From contig CAWFXA010000001.1 of the NCBI GenBank assembly GCA_963819655.1, positions 544,001-608,000 of the forward strand: a stretch of DNA of 64,000 bases, in the 5' to 3' direction. The stretch is from an uncultured Chloroflexia bacterium (GTDB taxonomy: Bacteria > Chloroflexota > Limnocylindria > Limnocylindrales > CSP1-4). Made by a program: the position numbers and the translations under genes. Below the pieces are notes generated by a model. The model saw nothing but the letters and a program-made list of their open reading frames with translations, was not told the origin of the DNA and searched no databases. This document shows, piece by piece, positions 1 through 6,922 of this stretch. Position 1 is the stretch's first letter. Every line of letters begins with the position of its first letter.

Positions 1-33
1 GGCCCGGTCCGTGGATGCCGCAGACTTAGAGCC

Positions 34-609
34 ATGCCCGAGCAGGTCGTCACCGCCACACTCGACGGGGACGGCGCGCCGTTCCGTGTCGCGGCGACCG
101 ACCTCGGGATCGCCGCGGCAGCCTGGGAGTCGGACGAGGCCGCCTTTGCCGGCGCGTTACGATCGCGCCTCGGCGTCCCGGTCGTCCCGCTGGCCGAGGC
201 CCGCCCTGACGATCCGGCCGCCACGGTCCTGCGCGCCGCGATCCCGACCATCGAACGCCTGCTACGCGGCCTCCCGACGGACGGCGCTGACGTCGCGGTC
301 GACCTTGGCGATCGGCCGTCCTTCGACCGGCGTGTGCTCGACGCGGTCCGCGATGTCGGCTGGGGCCGGACGGCGAGCTACGGCGATATCGCCAAGCGGG
401 TCGGAGCGCCACGGGCGGCGCGAGCGGTCGGCGGCGCCCTCGGGCGCAACCCGATCTCGCTGGTCATCCCGTGCCACCGGATCATCGCTGGCGACGGGAC
501 GCTCGGCGGATATGGCGGGACGGGCTGGGTGGATCGCGACAAGCAGCTGTCGCGCAAGGAGGCCCTGCTGCTGCGCGAAGGCGTCACAGTCCCCAGGCGC
601 CGCGGCTAG
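34..609 (+). CDS. ogt: Methylated-DNA--protein-cysteine methyltransferase
   Basis: SYGDIA...RAVGGALGRNPISLVIPCHRII, containing the PCHR active-site motif. Confidence 0.92.
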   Translation: MPEQVVTATLDGDGAPFRVAATDLGIAAAAWESDEAAFAGALRSRLGVPVVPLAEARPDDPAATVLRAAIPTIERLLRGLPTDGADVAVDLGDRPSFDRRVLDAVRDVGWGRTASYGDIAKRVGAPRAARAVGGALGRNPISLVIPCHRIIAGDGTLGGYGGTGWVDRDKQLSRKEALLLREGVTVPRRRG

Positions 610-699
610 ACTCCGGCCCACCGGCGCCTCGTCACGGGCCGGGCCGGGGTCCACAACCGCGAGGGATCGGGTGCCGCTGTGGCGCCCCTGGAGGTCGCA

Positions 700-2526
700 T
701 TGACGGCAGCGTCCGTACCCGCCCCATCGATGTTCGCCGTCTTCCGCAAGCGCGACTTCTCGCTGCTCTGGCTCGCCCAGCTGATCTCCACCGCGGGCTC
801 GGCGCTCACCGACCTCGCCGCGGCGATCTTCGTGTTCCGTGTGACCGGCTCGGCTCTGGCGGTCGGCCTGACGTTGATGGTCACAGCCATCCCGAGCCTC
901 ATCGTGGGCCTGCTCGCCGGTGTCTTCGTCGACCGCCACGATCGCAAGCGCATCCTCGTCTGGACGTGCCTGATCCAGGCCGTCATCGTCGGGTCCATCG
1001 CGCTCGTGCTGAACGTGGACTCGATCGCGATCGTCGGGCTGTATGCACTGCTCCTGCTCAACGCCGGCGTCAGACAGTTCTTCGACCCGGCGCACGACAG
1101 CCTGATCCCGGAGATCGCGAGCGACGAGGAGCTCGCAGCCGCCAACTCGTTCCTGTCGATCGCCTCCTTCGGCTCGACGGCGATCGGGTTTGCCGGCGCC
1201 GGCCTGCTGGCCAGTGTCGACCTGCGGATCGCCTTCGTCATCGATGCGCTGTCCTTCGTCATCTGCGCGTTGCTGATATCGCGGATGGGCCGCTACAAGA
1301 TGCCGGTACCGGAAGACGAGGCGAGCGTCAGTGTCATCGTCGCGAACCTCAAGTCCGGCCTGAGCACCCTGTTCGGCACGGAAGTGCTGCGCTCGCTGTT
1401 CTTCGTCGGCGCCCTGATGTTCTTCTCGTTCGGGCTCTGGAACGTCCTCCTGCTGCCGATGTCACTGCGCGAGCTCAACGCGACGGAGTTCGAGTACGGA
1501 CTGCAGGAGGGCCTGACATCGGTCGGGTTCGTGCTCGGCTCGTTCTTCATGGCGCGCTTCTCGAGCCGCCTGCCCGAGTCGATCTGGGTGGTCGTTGGCC
1601 TCACCGGCATGGGCGTCTGCGGGCTTGCCTACGCCTCCGCGACGTCGATCCCGGTCGCGATCGTCCTCGTGATGATCTCGGGATTCTTCAACTCGCCGGC
1701 GTCGGTCGCCCGGTCCGTCCTGCTCCAGCGGAACACGCCGCGCGACATGCGCGGCAGGGTGTTCTCGGCGTACTACGTCATGCGCGATGTGATCTTCCTG
1801 TTCGGGATGGCCGGGGCCGGTCTCGCCGACATCATCAACGTCCGGGTGATGATCGCGTTCGCCTCGGTCCTGCTGTTCGGGTCGGCGCTCTATGCGTTGT
1901 TCGCGCCAGGCCTGGGCATCCGATCGCTCCGCGCCGCGCGGGCGCGACTCGAGGAGGCGGCCGAGCCGGCGCCCACCGCGATCCCCACGCGACTCGCGAC
2001 GATGGCCGACTTCGATCGGCTGCTGACCAACCTCACGACGTTCGCCCGGCTCGACCAGGCGCAGCGCGAGGCGTTCATCCGCGGCGCGACGGTGCGCACG
2101 GTCCCGGCCGCCACGCGGATCGTCGAGCACGGCCACAGCGCGTCGTCCGTGTACTTCGTCCTGGAGGGCTCGGCCACCGCCGGCATCCCGGTCGACGGCG
2201 ACTATCGCGGACTCTCGACGATGCACGCCGGCGACTTCTTCGGCGAGATCGCCGCGCTGACCGGAAGCCCCCGGACCGCCGACGTCGTGGCCGACACCGA
2301 GACGACCCTCCTCGAGGTGCCGGCGGACGCGCTGCGCGCGGTGATGACCGTGCCCGAGATCCGGCGGTTGGTGTTCTCGACCCTCACATCGCGGTTGACG
2401 CGCACCGAGGCCGCCGACCTGCCGCGCCTCGCCGGCCCCGATCAGGAAGCGCTGCGCGACCTGCGCACACCGCGCCCGATCGTGGAGGCCGTCCCCCGCT
2501 CGTCCACCGGCGAGTCGGGCGCGTGA
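700..2526 (+). CDS. MFS transporter (DHA3/MefA-like) with C-terminal cyclic-nucleotide-binding domain
   Basis: About 12 hydrophobic segments; motif A-like GVFVDRHDRKR; C-terminal GDFFGEIAALTGSPRTADV phosphate-binding cassette. TTG start at 700 chosen because GGAGG lies at 690-694. Confidence 0.88.
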   Translation: MTAASVPAPSMFAVFRKRDFSLLWLAQLISTAGSALTDLAAAIFVFRVTGSALAVGLTLMVTAIPSLIVGLLAGVFVDRHDRKRILVWTCLIQAVIVGSIALVLNVDSIAIVGLYALLLLNAGVRQFFDPAHDSLIPEIASDEELAAANSFLSIASFGSTAIGFAGAGLLASVDLRIAFVIDALSFVICALLISRMGRYKMPVPEDEASVSVIVANLKSGLSTLFGTEVLRSLFFVGALMFFSFGLWNVLLLPMSLRELNATEFEYGLQEGLTSVGFVLGSFFMARFSSRLPESIWVVVGLTGMGVCGLAYASATSIPVAIVLVMISGFFNSPASVARSVLLQRNTPRDMRGRVFSAYYVMRDVIFLFGMAGAGLADIINVRVMIAFASVLLFGSALYALFAPGLGIRSLRAARARLEEAAEPAPTAIPTRLATMADFDRLLTNLTTFARLDQAQREAFIRGATVRTVPAATRIVEHGHSASSVYFVLEGSATAGIPVDGDYRGLSTMHAGDFFGEIAALTGSPRTADVVADTETTLLEVPADALRAVMTVPEIRRLVFSTLTSRLTRTEAADLPRLAGPDQEALRDLRTPRPIVEAVPRSSTGESGA

Positions 2527-2638
2527 CGATGTCTCGCAGGCGACACCTCCCTGGTCGGCTGCGGCCTAGGAGTACAGCCACACGGGGCGTATGGTTGGCG
2601 GTAGCGCATCAACCGTCAGATCAGAAGGGATCGGTTCG

Positions 2639-2833
2639 ATGAAGAAGTACAAGCTCCCGAAGGACGCGTCGGTCGAACCGGAGAAGGAAGACCCGAACGA
2701 GGGGTTCATCGACGAAGGGGACGTCGTGGGCCACGGGCTGCCGATCACGGCGCCACCGAGCCTCGGACAGCAGGGACCCGGTCATGGCGGCGAGCTGACG
2801 CCGACCGACAAGGATGAGGACACGACCGACTGA
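2639..2833 (+). CDS. Small acidic peptide, 64 aa (MKKYKLPKD...EGDVVGHGLP...DKDEDTTD), possible precursor peptide
   Basis: AGAAGGGA RBS before ATG 2639; TATGGT -10-like hexamer at 2590-2595; hairpin directly downstream. Confidence 0.7.
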   Translation: MKKYKLPKDASVEPEKEDPNEGFIDEGDVVGHGLPITAPPSLGQQGPGHGGELTPTDKDEDTTD

Positions 2834-2856
2834 TCCGACGCGCCCCGTCACAACAC

Positions 2857-2883
2857 CAACCGCCCGGCACCGCCGGGCGGTTG
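2857..2883. terminator. Hairpin between convergent genes, likely bidirectional terminator
   Basis: caaccgcccggc-acc-gccgggcggttg, a perfect 12-bp stem. Confidence 0.7.
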
Positions 2884-2887
2884 CGAT

Positions 2888-3706
2888 TCAGGCGGGGACC
2901 GTGGCCGTCGCTGCCAGGAGCGCCTTGATCTCGAAGGGCGACGCTGACGGATAGCGCGACCGCAACCGGGCGGCCTGCCCTGCCAGGTGCGGCGCGGCGA
3001 ACGAGTTGCCCGTCGCGCGGATGCGGCCGCCGCCGCGCCACGCGACATCGACGTCGACTCCGTACGCTCCGAACTCCACCGGGGGTGATGGGTTGTAGAA
3101 CCACGTCCCCGGGTCGGCGACGTCGTGGGCCGCCACGGACACGACCGACGCGAACAGCGACGGATACGACGGGCCCGGCACGTTGTTCGCGGCGCACACG
3201 AGCAGCGAGTTCGCGAAGTACGAGCGGTCGGCAAGCGCGTGGAACGCACTGAACATGGCCTCGCTGCGCGATGAGAGGCTGAGATTCACGACGGCGACGC
3301 CCGCACCGATCGTCCACTCGACAGCTGCCGCGAGGGCTCGCCCCTTGCCGCGGTTGTCCGCACCGAGCATGCGGATCGACACGAGGCTCGCTCCTGGGGC
3401 GATGCCCGCCACGATGCCCGCGCATGCGGTCCCGTGCCCGACGATGTCGAGGGCCTCCGGATCGTCGACAACGACGGCGTCGTCTCCGTCGACGTCGACG
3501 CGCAGGTGACGGACGACCCGCCCCCGCACGGCGGGATGATCGCCGTCGACGCCCGAATCGATGATGGCGACGGTCACGCCCTGCCCATCCGCGTCGCCGA
3601 ACACGTCCTGGCGATCCAGGCGGCCGAAAGGTGGGTCACGTCGCGCGAGCCCGTCGCGTGCTCCGGCCGCAAATGCCTCGCTCCACGCGGGCAGTGAGAT
3701 CGTCAC
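2888..3706 (-). CDS. S8 (subtilisin-like) serine peptidase, no signal peptide
   Basis: Triad motifs VAIIDSG, GHGTACAG and GNSFAAPH; GTG start overlaps the upstream TGA (GTGA). Confidence 0.88.
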   Translation of the reverse strand: MTISLPAWSEAFAAGARDGLARRDPPFGRLDRQDVFGDADGQGVTVAIIDSGVDGDHPAVRGRVVRHLRVDVDGDDAVVVDDPEALDIVGHGTACAGIVAGIAPGASLVSIRMLGADNRGKGRALAAAVEWTIGAGVAVVNLSLSSRSEAMFSAFHALADRSYFANSLLVCAANNVPGPSYPSLFASVVSVAAHDVADPGTWFYNPSPPVEFGAYGVDVDVAWRGGGRIRATGNSFAAPHLAGQAARLRSRYPSASPFEIKALLAATATVPA

Positions 3707-5235
3707 GACCGTCCCGATCGGCGTCCGCGCCCGCCGTCGGCGCGATCGCCGTGGCGGATGAGCGCATCCAGCCAGTCGATCGCGAGGCGCTTCGCGTCCG
3801 CATCGACATCGCCGAGGCGGGCGATGCGGTCTGCGATCGCCCACATCGGATCGTCGTCGGCGGGGAGCCCGATCGTGACTCGGGCGACGAGGGCATCGAT
3901 CGCAGCAGGGTCCGTCGGCTCGCCGTTCGACTCGGGCGGCTCACTGAGCAGGTCCGATAGCGCCCGGGCCAGGATGGAACCGGCGTCGTGGCGCAAACGC
4001 CCGTCGCGAACCGCGAGCGTCGCCATGCCCGCCATCGCCGTCGCGATGTCGAGGTCCCGCAGCGAGAATGTGCCGCCATCCTTGTCGAGCGCCTCGAGCA
4101 CGCCGACCGTCCCCGTCTCATCGCTCAGTGGCACGGCCAGCAGCGTCGATGGGACATGACCGGTCGCCTCCGCGACCGAGCGTTCGAACCGCGGATCCGC
4201 CGCGACATCGGCGACCGCCAGGGGCTGCCCGGTCGTGAAGACGTAGCCGGCGATACCCATCTCCGGCTCGATGGCCATCCCCACGATGCCGCCGGCGGCC
4301 GGGCCCGACGCGGCGCGGAACACCAGTCGGTCGGTCGCCGCGTCGTAGAGCGCGATCGAGGCCGCCTGGGCCTCGAGTGCTGTCACCGCAGCCATGGCGA
4401 CCGCCGTCAGCAGCTCGTCATCGTGTCGTGGGGCGAGGCGGTCGGCTGCCGCGACCCGGCGGCCCACCGCCGCGAGGACAGCCTCCACGGAGTCGCCCTC
4501 CCGGCTCATCGTCGTGTGGCGAGCGGCGAGCCGGCCCGCGTCCGGGATGACCAGCTGGTCCCCGTCGAAGCGGACGAGGCCTTCCGCCACCAGATCCGCC
4601 AGCAATCTGTTCACCGATTGACGAGACCCGCCGATCATCCCGGCGAGCTCCGCTTGCGTGTACGGCCACGACAGACGATGCTCGCCGGTCAGGGTGTCGG
4701 CTTCGGCCGGATCGCGGCCGTCCCCGATCGCCAGGGTCCGCAGGAGGTGGCGAGCGAGGCGCCCGGGAAGGTCGAGGAAGTGGAGATCCTCGACCTGCGC
4801 TGTGAGTCGCCGGATCTCGCCGGCCAGCGTGACCAGGAGAGCTCGGCGCAGGGCAGGCTCGCTGTCGACCAGGGCGTCGAACGCGTCCCGCCGCAGCACA
4901 TGCGTCTCGGTCGGGTCCAGCGCGACCGCTGTCGCCGACCGTGGCGCGCCATCGAGCAGCGACAGCTCGCCGAAGAAGCCGCCCGTGCTGATCGTGGTCA
5001 GGATGGCCGGCTCGGACCCCTCATCCGACGGGATCGTGATCTTGACCGAGCCGTCCGCGACGATGAACAGGGCGTCACCCGGGTCGCCCGCGTGGAAGAT
5101 CGTCTCGCCTCGACGGAAGCGCCGCGGGCGAAGGGCGGCCGCTATGAGGTCCAGCGACGTCTCGTCGACACCCGCGAATAGCCGGCAGCCGCGCAGGGTC
5201 TCGCGCATGGGAACTGGACCCGAGGGCGCGACCAT
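3703..5235 (-). CDS. Crp/Fnr transcription factor fused in frame to a GAF-domain protein (GAF part begins at ATG 4509)
   Basis: FGELSLLDGAPRSA cNMP cassette; HTH TQAELAGMIGGSRQSVNRLL; GAF motifs GIAGYV, DPRF, LLAVPL, GVLEALDK. Confidence 0.85.
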   Translation of the reverse strand: MVAPSGPVPMRETLRGCRLFAGVDETSLDLIAAALRPRRFRRGETIFHAGDPGDALFIVADGSVKITIPSDEGSEPAILTTISTGGFFGELSLLDGAPRSATAVALDPTETHVLRRDAFDALVDSEPALRRALLVTLAGEIRRLTAQVEDLHFLDLPGRLARHLLRTLAIGDGRDPAEADTLTGEHRLSWPYTQAELAGMIGGSRQSVNRLLADLVAEGLVRFDGDQLVIPDAGRLAARHTTMSREGDSVEAVLAAVGRRVAAADRLAPRHDDELLTAVAMAAVTALEAQAASIALYDAATDRLVFRAASGPAAGGIVGMAIEPEMGIAGYVFTTGQPLAVADVAADPRFERSVAEATGHVPSTLLAVPLSDETGTVGVLEALDKDGGTFSLRDLDIATAMAGMATLAVRDGRLRHDAGSILARALSDLLSEPPESNGEPTDPAAIDALVARVTIGLPADDDPMWAIADRIARLGDVDADAKRLAIDWLDALIRHGDRADGGRGRRSGRS

Positions 5236-5373
5236 GCACCCATCGTACGCGGCGCGTATCGTCACCAACCGGTCCGATAGTGGTGCGTTCGCGCACCAGA
5301 TAGGTGGTACGTCGGCTGGATGACACAGGCTCTGGGCAGTACGAAGGTACTATCACGGGACAAGACGACCGAT

Positions 5374-5413
5374 TCGCATCAGATCTCGACCGGTCGCATC
5401 AGATCTCGACCGG
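5374..5413. repeat. Perfect 20-bp tandem repeat, 2 copies (tcgcatcagatctcgaccgg), in a divergent promoter region
   Basis: Read directly at 5374-5393 and 5394-5413. Confidence 0.9.
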
Positions 5414-5429
5414 GGCTCGGAGGGGAACC

Positions 5430-6845
5430 ATGTTCTTGACAGCGCGACGGCGTTCGCGACCCATCGGTACCGCGTCGGCGGCACTCCTATCGGCGCTGGC
5501 ACTCGTTGCTGCGCTCGGTGTCCCGGCGACCGCGACAACGACGGCCACCAAGCCGTATTCCGCGACGTGGGTCGTGAGCGGCAGCCCGGTCGCGAATCCA
5601 CCCAACACCATCGCGCTCGCGGGTGGCGCCACGTCGGCCGTCCTAAGGATCACCAATCATGCGAGCCCACAGTCCCTCGGCTCGGCCAACATCACACCCC
5701 CGACTGGGTACACCCTGATCGGTGGGTCGCTCAGCCCCGCCGGCGGGAGCGCCACGAAGGCTGGCAACACGCTCCAGCTGCGCAACCTGGCTCTGGCTCC
5801 ATCCGCGTCCGTCAATGTCACGATCAATGTCCGGACCCCGTGCGCCGGCGGGGCCGCGGCAACGTGGACCCTCGTGGTCAAGCAGGCGAACAACTTCAGC
5901 GGTCCTCCCGGCAACGATTTCGCCCGGGCGCCGGGCACGGTTGCCCCGTCGACCACGGTGTCGGCGTCCGCCTGCCTCCTGCGCTTCGCAAACCAGCCGA
6001 AGACGACCGAGACCGGGGCACCGATCCGGGCCGGTTATGACAGCTCGGGCGACCCGGTCACGGTCGAGATCTACGATCCCGGCACCGGCCTGGTCGTCGA
6101 CTCGGACGCCGCCGTCACGCTGACGCTGGACCGCAACCCCGCGGGTGGCACATTGACGGGTGGCGTCGTCAACGCGGTCGACGGGGTCGCCACGTTCCCC
6201 GCCTTGTCGGTGAACACGCCTGGCCCATACACCCTGAAGGCCAGCAGTCCGGCCGCCTCGAACACGCCCATCTCGGACCTGTTCATGGTCTCCGACACCG
6301 TCACCGAATGCGAGGGCACCGGCTGCAGCTTCATGCAGGAGGGTGGCCCCCACACGTACACGACGACGCCGCAGAATGGCACGACGGGCGCGGATTACGC
6401 CACGTCACTGAACCTGCCTGGGCTGCGGATCTCGTGCGACTTCGGGCCGTTCGACTATCCGGATTCGCGGCAGCCCAACGCGGTCTGGTACATCTACGAC
6501 GATGGGAACGCCAGGTCCGAGAAGACCAACGTGATCGTCATCGACAAGGACTGGGTCCAGATCACGCCTGAGAACGGCACGTCCAAGTACCGGGTCTGCT
6601 ACACGTCTCCCGAGCGATTCACCGACCGCACAGGCAACCCGGCTCAGCCGGACCCAGGAGCATGGAACACGAGCGCGCCAGAAACGATCGGTCCGAGCGA
6701 GTACTTCGGAACGACCTGGTACACGGGCCTCCTCCCCGACTGCGGCAAGAAGCCGGTGGCGCCGTGCGTCCTGAGTTGGACCGGTACTGGCGGCGACCGC
6801 ATCGGGACGTTCCTGACCCCGGCGGGCGATCCGGGCTTCCGGTAA
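5430..6845 (+). CDS. Secreted beta-rich (Ig-like) protein with 8 Cys
   Basis: GGAGGGGA RBS; Arg-rich N-terminus followed by a hydrophobic signal peptide; Thr/Gly/Pro/Asn-rich beta-strand pattern (GVATFPALSVNTPGPYTLKAS). Confidence 0.75.
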   Translation: MFLTARRRSRPIGTASAALLSALALVAALGVPATATTTATKPYSATWVVSGSPVANPPNTIALAGGATSAVLRITNHASPQSLGSANITPPTGYTLIGGSLSPAGGSATKAGNTLQLRNLALAPSASVNVTINVRTPCAGGAAATWTLVVKQANNFSGPPGNDFARAPGTVAPSTTVSASACLLRFANQPKTTETGAPIRAGYDSSGDPVTVEIYDPGTGLVVDSDAAVTLTLDRNPAGGTLTGGVVNAVDGVATFPALSVNTPGPYTLKASSPAASNTPISDLFMVSDTVTECEGTGCSFMQEGGPHTYTTTPQNGTTGADYATSLNLPGLRISCDFGPFDYPDSRQPNAVWYIYDDGNARSEKTNVIVIDKDWVQITPENGTSKYRVCYTSPERFTDRTGNPAQPDPGAWNTSAPETIGPSEYFGTTWYTGLLPDCGKKPVAPCVLSWTGTGGDRIGTFLTPAGDPGFR

Positions 6846-6852
6846 CCGCATC

Positions 6853-6881
6853 GGGCCCCGGGCGATCCGTCCCCGGGGCCC
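6853..6881 (+). terminator. GC-rich hairpin after the secreted-protein gene
   Basis: gggccccggg-N9-cccggggccc; no U-tract. Confidence 0.5.
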
Positions 6882-6922
6882 ACCCAGACGCTCGGCCCTC
6901 GCCTCGGTCCTAGACTGGGCGA

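Noticed and set aside
471-2642. Long alternative-frame ORFs (e.g. 471-2642, 14617-17133, 22768-24789, 39441-41255, 46926-49118)
   Set aside because: Arg/Gly/Pro-rich shadow ORFs expected in high-GC DNA, overlapping well-supported genes.
2639-3706. Classical RiPP cluster (lanthipeptide or cyanobactin)
   Set aside because: No modification enzymes (LanB/C/M, YcaO, radical SAM) nearby and the peptide has no Cys; kept only as a possible unmodified processed peptide.
2500-5430. Canonical CRP site (TGTGA-N6-TCACA) near the crp locus
   Set aside because: No convincing match found by eye, and the recognition helix is atypical.
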